Positions 20,491 through 31,536 are shown, counted from the first letter of the stretch. The stretch: DNA of 64,000 nt from Halorutilales archaeon Cl-col2-1 (GCA_041891055.1 CP169074.1:64001-128000), one strand, 5' to 3'. The notes: generated by a model not told the origin, from the sequence alone. Translations and numbers: made by a program.

Positions 20491-20802
20491 ATGGAGTTCT
20501 GTCCAGAGTGTGGCTCGATGATGTACCTAGACGACGGCGTCTTCAAGTGCAAGGAGTGTGGCGCGGTCAAGGTGAAGGAAGACGACGCCGACTACACGAC
20601 AACTGAGGAGGGTGGACGGGGCGAAGTCACCGTCCTTGAGGACGAAGAGGACAAGGGTCTGCCGACCACGGAGGAGAGATGTCCCGAATGTGGCAACGAC
20701 ACAGCCTACTGGTATCTCCAGCAGACGCGCGCCGCAGACGAGTCGGAGACACGTTTCTACATCTGTACCGAGTGCGACCACAAGTGGAGGGACTACGACT
20801 AG
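20491..20802 (+). CDS. tfs: Transcription factor S
   Basis: MEFCPECGSMM..CKECG and CPECG..QTRAADE..TRFYICTEC..W. Confidence 0.94.
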   Translation: MEFCPECGSMMYLDDGVFKCKECGAVKVKEDDADYTTTEEGGRGEVTVLEDEEDKGLPTTEERCPECGNDTAYWYLQQTRAADESETRFYICTECDHKWRDYD

Positions 20803-20861
20803 ACCGACATTGACGTCGACGTCGTAAGCTTAAAACCCCGAAGACACAAGGTTAGTTTAGA

Positions 20862-20935
20862 GGGTCGGTAGTCTAGTTGGTCATGACACCGCCTTCACAC
20901 GGCGGAGGCCGTCGGTTCGAACCCGACCCGACCCA
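20862..20935 (+). tRNA. tRNA-Val (anticodon CAC), intronless, CCA not encoded
   Basis: Acceptor GGGTCGG/CCGACCC+A, anticodon arm CCGCC-TTCACAC-GGCGG, T arm GTCGG-TTCGAAC-CCGAC; CTTAAAA TATA-like element at 20829-20835. Confidence 0.96.
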
Positions 20936-20987
20936 TGGATCGATATCCCCTCTTTTATACTGTTTCGCGGTTTAGTGTAGATAGCAC

Positions 20988-22256
20988 ATGTCCATACTGT
21001 CTTCTGTCACCGAAGAGTTAGGTCTCAAAGGTCATCTCTCGAAGTCGGATCAGCATCTCCTAGCCTACTCGACCGCGGCACACTCACTCAACCACGCAGT
21101 GATGCTATCGATACCCATTCTGGTGCCGATCTGGGTGACTGAGTTCGGGGTCACGAGATACGAGTTGGGTCTCGTCGTGACAGCGATGGCGGCTCTCTTC
21201 GGGGTAACGTCGCTACCCGCGGGGATCATAAGCGACAGACTCGGTGCCGATACTGCGATAGACCTCTTCCTCTTCGGAACCGGGGCGGCTCTCCTCGGGA
21301 TCTACTTCGTAGACAGCTTTTGGGTCTTAGCAGTCGTCGTCGCACTCACAGGAGCTGGCGCGGGACTCTACCACTCGCCCGCACTCAGCCTCATAAGTAG
21401 ACGTGCCGACGAGCCGAGCAAGGGGTTCGCGTACCACGGTCTCGGCGCGAACATAGGAATAGGTCTCGGGCCCTTGGGAGTTACTCTCGGTCTCGCGTTC
21501 ACCGACTGGCGGACGCTCCTCGTTCTCCTCGGCGCGTCGCTCGTGGTTTTCGGCGTCGTCTTCCGTGTATGGGGACCCGACGATCCCGTGTCCACGTCGA
21601 CTGACGAGAACGGGGACGAGATCCGTACGGGATTTCTCACACAGATGAGTTCTTTCGCAACTGTGGGATTCGCCGCGGTCGTCGGCGTCTACATCTTCGC
21701 GGGGATGTATTACAGAGGCTCCCTTACCTTCCTCCCCGACTTCCTCAATACAGTGTCGTCTCTCCCAGACCTCCAACTCGCCGGAAAAACTGTCGAGTCG
21801 GGACGGTGGGTCTACTCGGTCATACTCCTGATAGGCTCTGTGGGACAGATAGTCGGAGGTAACCTGGGAGAGAGATTCGAGGTCGAGACAGTCCTGAGGG
21901 GAGTCTACGTCGCCACGAGCGCGTCATTCGTCGTCCTCGGACTCGGGTCAGGCAGATGGATACTCGCAGGTGGAGTCGCCTTCGGCGCGCTCCTCTTCAC
22001 ACTTCCACCTCTCCACTCGACTGTCGTGACTAAGTACCTCCCCGAGGACAACAGAGGTGTCGGGTTCGGTCTCGTCTTCGGTATAAACTTCGGCGTAGGT
22101 GCTGTGGGTGCCGCCTTGGTGGGATGGGTTCTGACACAGACAGGAGGCAACTACACCGCGATGTTCTTCCTCCTCGCCGTCTTTCCACTTGGGTCGCTCG
22201 TCTCTATAATGGCTCTGAAACGCGTGTCGGGAGGCGAACCAGTCGTGAGTATGTAA
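20988..22256 (+). CDS. MFS transporter
   Basis: About 12 TM helices; GIISDRLG motif A; GLYHSPALSLIS. Confidence 0.9.
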   Translation: MSILSSVTEELGLKGHLSKSDQHLLAYSTAAHSLNHAVMLSIPILVPIWVTEFGVTRYELGLVVTAMAALFGVTSLPAGIISDRLGADTAIDLFLFGTGAALLGIYFVDSFWVLAVVVALTGAGAGLYHSPALSLISRRADEPSKGFAYHGLGANIGIGLGPLGVTLGLAFTDWRTLLVLLGASLVVFGVVFRVWGPDDPVSTSTDENGDEIRTGFLTQMSSFATVGFAAVVGVYIFAGMYYRGSLTFLPDFLNTVSSLPDLQLAGKTVESGRWVYSVILLIGSVGQIVGGNLGERFEVETVLRGVYVATSASFVVLGLGSGRWILAGGVAFGALLFTLPPLHSTVVTKYLPEDNRGVGFGLVFGINFGVGAVGAALVGWVLTQTGGNYTAMFFLLAVFPLGSLVSIMALKRVSGGEPVVSM

Positions 22257-22452
22257 TGTAGAAAAGAAATATATGTCTCACAGCCGTCTTCGGGTCTATT
22301 CCGGGGACAGAGACACAGAGAACAGCCGAGTTCAGACGTATAACGGATCTAGAGTCGGAGTCACCCACACTCGTTGAGGGGTCACAGGCACAGGGACAGA
22401 CACAAGAGCCGAACGGTGAAACCGGTATGTACCAGTAAATAAGAGTAAGTAC

Positions 22453-22881
22453 ATGAGACTCAGATACATTGTCACTGTCTTAGGACTTGCTCTCGTAGTC
22501 GTTACCGCGGGATGTACCGCGCCGACCGACGGAACTGACAGCGAGAGGGAGAGTCTGAGTCTCGGACTCAACGACTCGGGTAGGTGTTACGAGGTCGAAA
22601 GCGGCACCGAGTTCACGGTAAGACTCTCGGAGAACCCGTCGACAGGATACAGATGGAACGTCACACAGAAGGAGGGCGTACGTATACAGAACAGTACCTA
22701 CGTGGAGCCCGACTCGTCTAAGCTGGGTGCTCCGGGCACGAGACTGATAGACGGAGTTGTCGAGGAGACCGGAGGTCTGAGAGCCGAGTACGTCAGGGGA
22801 TTCGACGACTCCGAGCCCGAAGAGGTCTTCGAGGTGAGCTTCGGAGTCGGCGAGAGGTGTCCCATAGGCTCGTCGGAGTAG
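22453..22881 (+). CDS. Chagasin-like cysteine protease inhibitor (I42) lipoprotein
   Basis: TAGC lipobox; LSENPSTGYRW and GAPG motifs. Confidence 0.8.
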   Translation: MRLRYIVTVLGLALVVVTAGCTAPTDGTDSERESLSLGLNDSGRCYEVESGTEFTVRLSENPSTGYRWNVTQKEGVRIQNSTYVEPDSSKLGAPGTRLIDGVVEETGGLRAEYVRGFDDSEPEEVFEVSFGVGERCPIGSSE

Positions 22882-22947
22882 TGTGGTGTGGCGTGGGAAC
22901 CGAAGACAAACGACAAACGGCATAAACACCCAAGAACTACACGGCGT

Positions 22948-23889
22948 ATGGGTATGAAGAAACGCAGTCTGGGGGAGATTGAGGTCTCTGAGGTCGGATT
23001 CGGGGGATGGGGAATAGGAGGAGACGAGTACGGCAACTCTTACGGTCCTACCGAAGACGACGAGTCGGTAGCCGCTGTACGTAAAGCGCGCGAACTCGGC
23101 GTCGATTTCTTCGACACAGCCGACGTCTACGGACACGGTCACTCGGAGGAGATACTCGCCGAGGCAGTCGAGACTAACTCCGACGATGTACGTGTCTGCA
23201 CGAAGGGAGGAGCCGACTTCTACCAGGACGGCGATATGAACTTCGACTCTCAGTACATAAAGTACGCCGCGGTCAAGAGCATAGAACGTCTCCGAGCCGA
23301 GTACATAGACGTCTACATGCTTCAGAACCCGCCGCGTAAGGCACTCTCCGACCCCGGGACATATGAGTCACTCAAAAGGATGAAGAACGAGGGCGTGATA
23401 GGACAGTACGGCGTCTCTGTACACGAGCCTGCCGAGGGACGTATAGCCGCCGAGACAGGAGACGTAGACGTCGTCGAGGTCGGCTTCAACATAATAAAGA
23501 AGGGCGCTAAGAGAGACCTCTTCGACTACGCCGAGGACAACGACGTGAGTATAGTCGCGCGTGAGCCCCTCGCCAACGGCTTCCTGACGGGAAAGTACGA
23601 CGAGGATCACACCTTCCGTACGACTGATATGAGGGAGGGAATGCCCGACGAACTCGTGAGACAGAGAGTGCGCGCGGGAAACGAACTCAAGAGCCTTGTC
23701 GAGGAGGAGAACAAAGATTACAGCCCCACACAGGCGGCTATAAAGTATGTACTCGCACACGACGCTGTCTCTGTGACTATACCCGGCGCGAAGACTCCCG
23801 AACAGGTTGAGGAGAACGTCGCCGCGGCGACCGAGTACGAGCCGATGTCAGACGAGATGGTCGAGAAGATAGAGTCTCTGGTGTTCTGA
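22948..23889 (+). CDS. Aldo/keto reductase
   Basis: VSEVGFGGW, FFDTADVYG.G.SE, TK, PLA.GFLTGKY, IPGAKTPEQVEEN. Confidence 0.92.
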   Translation: MGMKKRSLGEIEVSEVGFGGWGIGGDEYGNSYGPTEDDESVAAVRKARELGVDFFDTADVYGHGHSEEILAEAVETNSDDVRVCTKGGADFYQDGDMNFDSQYIKYAAVKSIERLRAEYIDVYMLQNPPRKALSDPGTYESLKRMKNEGVIGQYGVSVHEPAEGRIAAETGDVDVVEVGFNIIKKGAKRDLFDYAEDNDVSIVAREPLANGFLTGKYDEDHTFRTTDMREGMPDELVRQRVRAGNELKSLVEEENKDYSPTQAAIKYVLAHDAVSVTIPGAKTPEQVEENVAAATEYEPMSDEMVEKIESLVF

Positions 23890-23890
23890 T

Positions 23891-24523
23891 ATGGATCGGC
23901 AGGAACGCGCACAGGAGGTCTACGAACGTCTGGAGGAGGAGTATCCCGAGGCACACACTACACTTGACTACGAGACTCCGTTTCAGCTACTCGTAGCCAC
24001 GGTTCTGTCGGCACAGTGTACTGACGAGCGCGTGAACAAGGTCACACCCGAGCTCTTCGACGAGTATCCGACGCCCGACGCGATGGCAGAGGCGGACGAG
24101 GATAGGCTGAAGGAGATTATCCGTTCGACGGGCTACTACAACTCAAAGTCGGATTACCTCTTAGAGTCGTCGCGGCGTATAGTCGAGGAGTACGGCGGCG
24201 AGGTACCGAGGAGCATGGACGAACTCACGACACTCAAGGGGGTGGCGAGGAAGACCGCGAACGTCGTCCTGTCGAATGCCTTCGACAGCCACGAGGGAAT
24301 CGCAGTCGACACACACGTTCAGCGGGTCTCACAGCGTCTCGGTATCACAGAAGAGGAGAAGCCCGAGAGGATAGAGGAAGACCTGATGGAGATATACGAC
24401 AGAGACCAGTGGAGACTCGTCTCACATCTCCTGATATTCCACGGAAGGGCGACGTGTACGGCGAGATCGCCCGACTGCGCCGACTGTGTCCTCGAAGACA
24501 TCTGTCCGTCGTCGGAACTCTGA
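23891..24523 (+). CDS. nth: Endonuclease III
   Basis: LSAQCTD, HhH GVARKTANVV, AVDTHV, C..R.P.C..C.L...C 4Fe-4S motif. Confidence 0.95.
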   Translation: MDRQERAQEVYERLEEEYPEAHTTLDYETPFQLLVATVLSAQCTDERVNKVTPELFDEYPTPDAMAEADEDRLKEIIRSTGYYNSKSDYLLESSRRIVEEYGGEVPRSMDELTTLKGVARKTANVVLSNAFDSHEGIAVDTHVQRVSQRLGITEEEKPERIEEDLMEIYDRDQWRLVSHLLIFHGRATCTARSPDCADCVLEDICPSSEL

Positions 24524-24577
24524 CCCGTAGTTCTAACCGAAAGTATCAAACCCTCGGGACGTCTACCCTTATGCACT

Positions 24578-24856
24578 ATGAAGATGCCGAGACGTTTCAG
24601 GACTTACTGTCCCAACTGTGACTCCCACCAGGAGATGGAAGTCGAGAAGGTACAGAGAGGACGAGAGACGGGTATGAAATGGATAGACCGACAGAGGGAG
24701 CGTAACTCGGGAATAGGTAACGACGGTAAGTTCTCGAAGGTTCCGGGAGGAAACAAGCCGACTAAGAAGACTGACCTGCGTTACCGATGCAGTGAGTGTG
24801 GCAAGGCACATCTCAGAGAGGGATGGAGAGCCGGAAAGCTCGAACTGGAGGACTAA
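24578..24856 (+). CDS. rpl44e: 50S ribosomal protein L44e
   Basis: [31 protein letters not shown]. Confidence 0.96.
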   Translation: MKMPRRFRTYCPNCDSHQEMEVEKVQRGRETGMKWIDRQRERNSGIGNDGKFSKVPGGNKPTKKTDLRYRCSECGKAHLREGWRAGKLELED

Positions 24857-24857
24857 G

Positions 24858-25031
24858 ATGGCGGGAAGATTCCTCAAGGTCAAGTGTGACGACTGTGAGA
24901 ACGAACAGGTAGTCTTCGAGAAGGCGGCTTCGGAGGTACCGTGTGCAGTCTGTGGCTCGACTCTCGTTGTCCCGACGGGAGGAGAGGCTGAGATACAGGC
25001 AGACGTAGTAGAGGTAGCGGAGGCGCGGTAG
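24858..25031 (+). CDS. rps27e: 30S ribosomal protein S27e
   Basis: [26 protein letters not shown]. Confidence 0.95.
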   Translation: MAGRFLKVKCDDCENEQVVFEKAASEVPCAVCGSTLVVPTGGEAEIQADVVEVAEAR

Positions 25032-25035
25032 ACGG

Positions 25036-25845
25036 ATGAAGTACAGCGGCTGGCCTGATCCCGGAGAGCTCGTCGTGGGTAAGGTTACAGAGGTCGAGGA
25101 CTTCGGTGCCTTCGTCGACCTCGTCGAGTACGAGGACAAGGAGGGTCTCGTCCACGTCTCGGAGGTCTCGAGCGGCTGGGTCAAGTACATACGTGACTAC
25201 GTCCGCGAGGATCAGACAGTCGTCTGTAAGGTTCTGGAAGTCGACAAGGAGAGTCACCAGATAGACCTCTCGATCAAGGACGTCAACGACAAGCAGAAGA
25301 GGACGAAGATACAGGAGTGGAAGAACGAGCAGAAAGCCGACAAATGGGTCACGATGGCTCTCGAAGACGAAGAGGTCGACGTCGAAGACCCAGACGAGGC
25401 TTTCACGCGTGTAGCCGAAGCCCTCATTAACACCCACGGCACGATGTACGAGGCTCTCGAGGAAGCGGCAAAGGGCGGAGTCGAGGTAATCGAGGAAGCC
25501 GAAGTAGAGCCCGAGATCGCCGAGAGCATCACACGTGTCGCACGTGAGAACGTCAGCGTTCCCTATGTCGAGATAGACGGATTCGTAGATCTTGAGACCG
25601 TCTCGCTCGGCGGCGTCGATGACATAAAGGAAGCCCTCGAAGAGATAGGATACGACGGAGAGGAGGAGGTCGAGATAGACGTCGAGTACGTCTCGGCACC
25701 CGAGTACCGTATAACAGCGAAGGCACACGACTACAAGACCGCCGAGAGGGCAGTCGAGGAAGCCGCACAGAAGGCAGTCGACAGGATAAAAGACCTCGGA
25801 GGTACGGGAGAGTACCACTCTGAGTCACGGACTGCCGAAGCATAG
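25036..25845 (+). CDS. eif2a: Translation initiation factor 2 alpha
   Basis: S1 domain KEGLVHVSEVSSGWVK, IDLSIK, SAPEYRI. Confidence 0.96.
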   Translation: MKYSGWPDPGELVVGKVTEVEDFGAFVDLVEYEDKEGLVHVSEVSSGWVKYIRDYVREDQTVVCKVLEVDKESHQIDLSIKDVNDKQKRTKIQEWKNEQKADKWVTMALEDEEVDVEDPDEAFTRVAEALINTHGTMYEALEEAAKGGVEVIEEAEVEPEIAESITRVARENVSVPYVEIDGFVDLETVSLGGVDDIKEALEEIGYDGEEEVEIDVEYVSAPEYRITAKAHDYKTAERAVEEAAQKAVDRIKDLGGTGEYHSESRTAEA

Positions 25846-25900
25846 CATAGCACATCACGACACGACTTTCTAATTAATTAATATCCGTAATCCACAGATA

Positions 25901-26077
25901 ATGAAATCGATAATCAGGAGATGTCTCTCGGACGAACACGACAAGCCTGTCTATAGCTTAGGTGAGACGTGCCGAGTCTGTGGAAAAGAGACAGAAAACA
26001 GTTCACCGCCTCGTTTTTCACCCAAGGACAAGTACGGTAAGTACAGGAGGAAGACAAAATGGGAAGATCACAGATAG
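25901..26077 (+). CDS. nop10: H/ACA RNP protein Nop10 (58 aa, not in the ORF track)
   Basis: Translated by hand: MKSIIRRC..VYSLGETCRVCG..SPPRFSPKDKYGKYRR; canonical position between eIF2a and PAC2. Confidence 0.92.
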   Translation: MKSIIRRCLSDEHDKPVYSLGETCRVCGKETENSSPPRFSPKDKYGKYRRKTKWEDHR

Positions 26078-26844
26078 AGACAGAAGAGATAGCCGTCGAG
26101 GAGGTCGCAGAGGTCGAAGTAGAGAGCCCGGTTCTGATAGAGGGGCTCCCGGGAGTCGGACACGTCGGGAAGCTCGTCTCGGATCACATAGTCGGTGAGT
26201 TCGAGTCGGAGGTCGTGAGACGTATCTACTCACAGCATTTCCCTCCACAGTCAGAGGTCGACGACGAGGGGATGGCGGAGCTTGTGAGCATAGAGCTTCA
26301 CCACTGTGAGGTCGAGGGCAACGACTTCCTCGTCCTTACGGGCGACCACCAGTCACAGACGATGGACGGACATTACAAGGTCACGGGACGTGTCCTCGAT
26401 ATTGCCGAGGAGTTCGGCGTCGAGAGAGTCTACACACTCGGTGGCGTCCCGACAGGAGAGCTCGTCGAGGAGTACGACGTCTACGGCGCGGCTAACGACC
26501 GCGACTTCCTAGAGGAGACGAAAGAACTCGGAGTCGACTTCGAGAGCGACGAGCCCGCTGGCGGAATAGTCGGAATATCGGGTCTCCTACTCGGGTTAGG
26601 AGAACAGAGAGGAGTCCCCGCTGTCTGTCTCATGGGAGAGACGAGCGGCTACATGGTCGATCCCAAGAGCGCACAGGCAGTCTTAGAAGTCCTGACCCAG
26701 GCACTCGGCTTCGAGGTCGACATGGAAGAGCTTGAGGAACGCGCCGAGGAGATGGAAGAGGTCGTACAGCGTCTCCAGGACATGAACCAGATACAGCAGT
26801 CCCCGTCGGCGGCGGGCGAAAACGATCTGAGGTACATAGGGTAA
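26059..26844 (+). CDS. PAC2 family proteasome assembly chaperone
   Basis: LIEGLPGVGHVGKL, FPPQ, YTLGG, CLMGETSGY.VDPKSA, C-terminal YIG. Confidence 0.9.
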   Translation: MGRSQIETEEIAVEEVAEVEVESPVLIEGLPGVGHVGKLVSDHIVGEFESEVVRRIYSQHFPPQSEVDDEGMAELVSIELHHCEVEGNDFLVLTGDHQSQTMDGHYKVTGRVLDIAEEFGVERVYTLGGVPTGELVEEYDVYGAANDRDFLEETKELGVDFESDEPAGGIVGISGLLLGLGEQRGVPAVCLMGETSGYMVDPKSAQAVLEVLTQALGFEVDMEELEERAEEMEEVVQRLQDMNQIQQSPSAAGENDLRYIG

Positions 26845-26850
26845 TAAATA

Positions 26851-27249
26851 ATGCCAGTAAAAAGAGACTCAGACGTCGAGTTAGAGGAGGTCGGAAGAGG
26901 CGACGGAGTTGAGGTTCGGCGTTTCATCACGGAGGACGACGGCGCTCCCAACTTCAACCTGAGGAAGTTCTACATGGAGCCCGGCGGCGGAATGCCGAGG
27001 CATTATCATCCCGGAACCGAACACGAACAGTACCTGATACAGGGAGAGATACGTCTGACACTCGGGGGCGGCGACGAAGACGAACATGAAGACGAACACG
27101 AAGAGACACAGACCGTCGAATCCGGCGACACAGTCTACATACCCGCGGGAACCCCACATGAGTACGAGGTCGTGAGCGACGAGCCCGCCGAGTTCATCTG
27201 TGTGGTTCCGCAGGGTGAGACCGAGACGGTATTCGTCGACAAAGAATAA
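26851..27249 (+). CDS. Cupin domain protein
   Basis: PRHYH..EHEQY..G and GDTVYIPAGTPH. Confidence 0.88.
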   Translation: MPVKRDSDVELEEVGRGDGVEVRRFITEDDGAPNFNLRKFYMEPGGGMPRHYHPGTEHEQYLIQGEIRLTLGGGDEDEHEDEHEETQTVESGDTVYIPAGTPHEYEVVSDEPAEFICVVPQGETETVFVDKE

Positions 27250-27262
27250 CTATCCAGTTATT

Positions 27263-27517
27263 TTATCTGTTGTTGTCTATCCATCTGCAAAACTCGTCGA
27301 AGTCATCCGCGCCAGCTTGGTCAGCTATGTTACGTAATGTGCCGGTTCGTAGCGATTCGTGTCGAGGTACTGTAACAGTACGCGGATTAGTATCGTGGTT
27401 TTCGGGAGGCTCCCACTTCAGAATCATATGATCTCCTGTCGTCCGATCCCAGACGAAGTTGCCTTTGTTAACTAGAACTCGGGCGACATCATCCCCCGAG
27501 AAGTTACGTGTCACCAT
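27263..27517 (-). CDS. hicA: HicA family toxin (mRNA interferase)
   Basis: TTGDHMIL..VTVPRH..LRTGTLRNI..QAG. Confidence 0.88.
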   Translation of the reverse strand: MVTRNFSGDDVARVLVNKGNFVWDRTTGDHMILKWEPPENHDTNPRTVTVPRHESLRTGTLRNIADQAGADDFDEFCRWIDNNR

Positions 27518-27524
27518 CCTTCTA

Positions 27525-27785
27525 CTACTTCAGAAAGTCAGGGAGTTCGCCTCCGGCTTCGTTATCGTTGTCGTTGTCCTCGGGATCTATGCCGATCTCA
27601 CGGAGCTCTTCCTCGGTAGGCTCACGTCCTATCTCGCCCTTGTGTAAGGCGACCGCCTCCTCAAGGTTATCGAGGGCTTCTTCCTTCGTCGATCCCTGAG
27701 ACGCCACTCCCTCATCTTCATCCTTAGCCACCCAGACGCCGTCTTCTTGGGTCAGGGTTATCTTGCGTTTTATTTCGGTACTCAT
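27525..27785 (-). CDS. hicB: HicB family antitoxin (short form)
   Basis: EDGVWVA..GVASQGSTKEEALDNLEEAV. Confidence 0.88.
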   Translation of the reverse strand: MSTEIKRKITLTQEDGVWVAKDEDEGVASQGSTKEEALDNLEEAVALHKGEIGREPTEEELREIGIDPEDNDNDNEAGGELPDFLK

Positions 27786-27866
27786 TTTCCCACCATCAGG
27801 TTTTGGGTTGTTCCTCTCTGTCTCCTGTGTCCGTACCGCTTCTTCACGAATAAAGCCTTCGCCAGA

Positions 27867-28982
27867 TCACACCACACCCATCTCCGACAGCCTCTCGGGG
27901 AGGTACTCGTCTGTCACGAAGTCGAGACCGTACGAAGCGAGTGACTGCTGTTCCGCCTTCTTGTCTATGTCTAACTGAAGCTCGATCTGTTCCCTCCAGT
28001 AGGGGGTGTCAAACCTCGGATCTGTAAGCTCGTTTTCGAGAGCGTTTATGTCGGAGTCACTCAGAGGGTCGGTCGGCAGGTCGTAGTCGACTATGTCGGA
28101 GGGCTGTATGCCTATGAACTCAGCCTCGGGAGTCGCGAGATGCTTCGAGAGATGAGCGCTCTTTATCGAGCCGTAGGCGACGCTGCTGTATATCCTGTAA
28201 GACCACGGGTCACTGTCAGTGAAGACGACGACGGGAAGGTCACGCTCGTCGTGGAGCCTCTTTATGATACGTCTCGTCGAACGCGCAGGCTGCCCCTTGA
28301 GATGCACGATGATCGAGCTGTGTGACTCGTCGAAGCCGTTCTCGACGAGACGGTCACGCATACCACCCGTCTCGACTGCTAAGACGAAGTCAGCGTCGTC
28401 GTCGAGGAACTCGACTGTGTCGACGTCGGTGGGTATCTGGTAGCCTCCCTCACCGACGTCCTCCTGACAGTGTATGTCGCGCTCGCCACGTCTCGTCTGT
28501 TCACGGAGTTCGAGAGGTCCTATGACGGTCGCGCCGTCCTCCTCGGGACGCATATGTAGAGCCTCACGTCTCAGGTCGCCGAGTATCTCGAGATCCTCTA
28601 TGAGGCGGTCGCTCTCGTCCTGTGACGAGAACTGGGCGTTCTCCCATCCCTCGGAGAGGTAGTATAGCTCCCTCAGTGTCGACGACCTCTCCTCCTCTAT
28701 CTGTTCGCGGAGGAACTCGGTAGTGTAGACGAGACGCAGAAGCTTACGCGCGCCGCTGACCGAGTTCGCCGACCGCGTACTCTTCGAGTCTCCGTAGACC
28801 CAGACGTCGGACTCCTCGTCGTACTCGACGTTGTTCTTCGTACGTGTCGGGAGACGTACACGTGGTATCTCCCCGTCGTCGAACTGTTCGTATATCTCGT
28901 CGGCGAGTTCGAGGAGTGTCTCGCGTGCCGCCTCCTCCCTCGACATCTCGGTGCTGTCAGTGTCGGTGTTACTCTTACTCAT
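27867..28982 (-). CDS. top6A: DNA topoisomerase VI subunit A
   Basis: STLRELYY catalytic Tyr, VETGG, KGQP.RSTR, TDSDPW TOPRIM, KAEQQ. Confidence 0.96.
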   Translation of the reverse strand: MSKSNTDTDSTEMSREEAARETLLELADEIYEQFDDGEIPRVRLPTRTKNNVEYDEESDVWVYGDSKSTRSANSVSGARKLLRLVYTTEFLREQIEEERSSTLRELYYLSEGWENAQFSSQDESDRLIEDLEILGDLRREALHMRPEEDGATVIGPLELREQTRRGERDIHCQEDVGEGGYQIPTDVDTVEFLDDDADFVLAVETGGMRDRLVENGFDESHSSIIVHLKGQPARSTRRIIKRLHDERDLPVVVFTDSDPWSYRIYSSVAYGSIKSAHLSKHLATPEAEFIGIQPSDIVDYDLPTDPLSDSDINALENELTDPRFDTPYWREQIELQLDIDKKAEQQSLASYGLDFVTDEYLPERLSEMGVV

Positions 28983-31419
28983 TGTGGTGTTCGTGTATCT
29001 GTATTAGGTCGTCCTCTATCCCCTCGGCTGTGATCTGTACGTGGCTGTCGCTGTCGCCCTCAGCCGAGTCGGTGTCGTACTCTATGCTCGCCGACTCGCC
29101 CTTCGCGAGGTCTACGTTCCAGACCAAGTCGTACTCGCCGTCGAGGTCGACTACCTCTACGCCGTCTGTGTTACCGTCGACACTCGGCTCGGCGTCGGTG
29201 AAGATGTGAAGCTCGAAGCTCTCACCCGAGTTCGAGTGGTTGGTGACCTGGATCGACTCCGACGACTCGCCGCCGTCGGATTCGACAGAGACGTAGACCT
29301 TGTTCATTATCTCGGCGACTGTCTCGTCTATCTCAGGAGTCTCCTTCCCCGTGATTTCGGCGACCTTCTCAGCCATCTCGGGGAGTATCTTCCCTATGAC
29401 ACGTTCCTTCTTCTTCCTTTTTTGGCGCGACCTCTGTTTACTCAGGTGATCCTTGAGGTCACGTGCAACCTCCCTCACAGCGAGTTCGACCTCGTCGTGT
29501 ATCTCAGGGACTCCGGCGACGGCGTCCTTCGACTCGCTTGTGAAGGGAACGTTTGTCGAGGCGACGTGTACCATTATCACGAGAGGACCCTCGGGTAGCG
29601 ACCCCGACGACTGGCTCAGACCGTAGTTCCTCCAGCCTATCTCCTCGACTGCGTCGGTTATGACACACGCTCCCTGCTGGTAGACGAGTGGAACCCTGTT
29701 GGCGAACCTCAGAAGGTCTGCTTTCGAGTCGCCGTGGAGTGATCCGCCGTATGCGATTCCCGCCTCGACGACAAAGGGGTCGCCTCCGTGGACGCTCGCG
29801 TCACGCGTCGCCGTCGAGTAGAACTCGGCGTCGAACTCCTTTCTGAGACCCTTCTCCATGAGGTCGGGTGTTATGGGAGACAGACAGCCCGTCGGAGGCG
29901 ACATCACGTCTGTCGCACGCATCGAGTCGAGGAGAAGACGTGCGGTGTCTCTGTCTTCGGCTACCTCTCTCACGAGAGGCACGTCGTCGGGGACAGTCCT
30001 CATCGTATCCCATGTCTCGTCCGTGATATTCTGCCTCGCTGTCTCACCCACACGGACATCACGTAGCTCCTCGACCGAGTCAGCCGCCCTGTCGACGTAT
30101 TCGGTGACGTCGTCGTAGACGTATCTCGATCCGAGTGTGTCATCAGTCCCGTCTTCATCCTCACCTTCGCCATCACGTACGAGCTTCGGCGCGAGTCTCT
30201 TCGATATCTCCTCGACAGTCTCTGTGTCCTTCGAGGTCGTGGTCGCCGACTCGACTATCTCGCGGACATCGTCCACGGGGTCGTTGGTCAAGGAGTCGTA
30301 GACCGCCTCGGTGGCTTTCTGACGTACTGTCTCGCCGAATGTCGTCCCGGTCTCGTCTTGTGTCTTCTCGGCGGCGTCGTCGACCTCATCACGTATCTCG
30401 AACCCAGCTAAGGTCTCGTGCTGAAGTAGGTTCTCGACTACGTGGTCGGCGAACTTCCGCGTGTCACCGGTGGTCTTGTTCGAGACCGAGTCTATGACTG
30501 ACTGTCTCATGTCCGCGACACCGTCGGGCGAGGGAGTCGACCACGCCATCTCTCTCCCGTAGTACCTGTCACGGAACTCGTCGAGTATCCCGTCGGAGGT
30601 CTTCGACCCTACCCGCGTGAACTCCTGTCTCACGAACGCCCCGACGTTGTACGAGTCGGTCGACTCTAACATACGTATGAGAGTTCCGAGCTCTATTCCG
30701 TGGGGATGTGGCTTTATCTCCTCAGCCTTCTCGGGTAGCTCGTCGGTCGCCCTCTCGAACTCGAAGTCGTTCTCGGGCTCCCTGAGACGTATACGTGCGT
30801 GGGGATTGACGACAGCCGTGTTCTTGATGTAGGTATGGAGCTGTCTCCTCGCTCGCATGTTCGCCTCGAGCTCTATCTCAATACGTGTGCCGTGTGTCCT
30901 GTCCCAGTCGACTATCTCGTCGCTGAGTATCTCGGGGTCGTTGGTGTCGGTGTCGATGGTTATCTCGAACTCGTGAGCCTCGCCGCTCTCGGTCTTCGAG
31001 ACGATCTTCGCGGGCTTTCCGCTCGTGAGCTGTGAGTAGAGGACAGCGGCGGAGATTCCTATACCTTGCTGACCTCTCGACTGAACACGTTTCCCGAACC
31101 TGCTTCCGTAGAGGAGCTTACCGAATATCTTCGGAATCTGCTTTCTAACTATCCCTGGACCGTTGTCCTCGATCACGAGCCTGTAAGTCTCGTCGAGCTC
31201 CTCTATCTCGACGAATATGTCGGGAAGTATCTCCGCCTCCTCACACGCGTCGAGTGAGTTGTCGACCCCCTCCTTGACAGCCGTCACGAGACCACGTGCT
31301 CCCGAGTCGAAGCCGAGCATATGTTTGTTCTTCTCGAAGAACTCGGCTACGGAGATCGAACGCTGTTCCTGTGCTAGTTCCTCAGCAATATCGTCCGTAA
31401 GTTTAGATTGATAAGACAC
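28975..31419 (-). CDS. top6B: DNA topoisomerase VI subunit B
   Basis: [43 protein letters not shown]; haloarchaeal-type insertion in the H2TH region; GTG start. Confidence 0.96.
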   Translation of the reverse strand: MSYQSKLTDDIAEELAQEQRSISVAEFFEKNKHMLGFDSGARGLVTAVKEGVDNSLDACEEAEILPDIFVEIEELDETYRLVIEDNGPGIVRKQIPKIFGKLLYGSRFGKRVQSRGQQGIGISAAVLYSQLTSGKPAKIVSKTESGEAHEFEITIDTDTNDPEILSDEIVDWDRTHGTRIEIELEANMRARRQLHTYIKNTAVVNPHARIRLREPENDFEFERATDELPEKAEEIKPHPHGIELGTLIRMLESTDSYNVGAFVRQEFTRVGSKTSDGILDEFRDRYYGREMAWSTPSPDGVADMRQSVIDSVSNKTTGDTRKFADHVVENLLQHETLAGFEIRDEVDDAAEKTQDETGTTFGETVRQKATEAVYDSLTNDPVDDVREIVESATTTSKDTETVEEISKRLAPKLVRDGEGEDEDGTDDTLGSRYVYDDVTEYVDRAADSVEELRDVRVGETARQNITDETWDTMRTVPDDVPLVREVAEDRDTARLLLDSMRATDVMSPPTGCLSPITPDLMEKGLRKEFDAEFYSTATRDASVHGGDPFVVEAGIAYGGSLHGDSKADLLRFANRVPLVYQQGACVITDAVEEIGWRNYGLSQSSGSLPEGPLVIMVHVASTNVPFTSESKDAVAGVPEIHDEVELAVREVARDLKDHLSKQRSRQKRKKKERVIGKILPEMAEKVAEITGKETPEIDETVAEIMNKVYVSVESDGGESSESIQVTNHSNSGESFELHIFTDAEPSVDGNTDGVEVVDLDGEYDLVWNVDLAKGESASIEYDTDSAEGDSDSHVQITAEGIEDDLIQIHEHHNE

Positions 31420-31536
31420 CTTGAAGAAAAGTAGTCGTCGAGGATTTAAACGCGTTACGGAACGCCGAAAGGCACATCAGGACGGCGGTATACCGGAACC
31501 CAAACGGAGTAGAAGACCGAGACAGAGAAGTCGTGT

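Noticed and set aside
22273-22377. 34-codon ORF (MSHSRLRVYSG...) between the MFS and chagasin genes
   Set aside because: Not acidic, no recognisable motif and too short to support.
20862-23889. Integrated element at tRNA-Val
   Set aside because: No integrase and no duplicated tRNA 3' end (att site) found in the window.
27246-27263. AATAACT-atcc-AGTTATT as another ATAACC-N3-GGTTAT site
   Set aside because: The spacing differs and it lies between convergent stop codons, so it is more likely a terminator.
29900-30560. ~200-aa insertion in Top6B as a possible intein
   Set aside because: No Cys/Ser start, His-Asn end or LAGLIDADG motifs; it is a helical acidic insert of the type seen in haloarchaeal Top6B.
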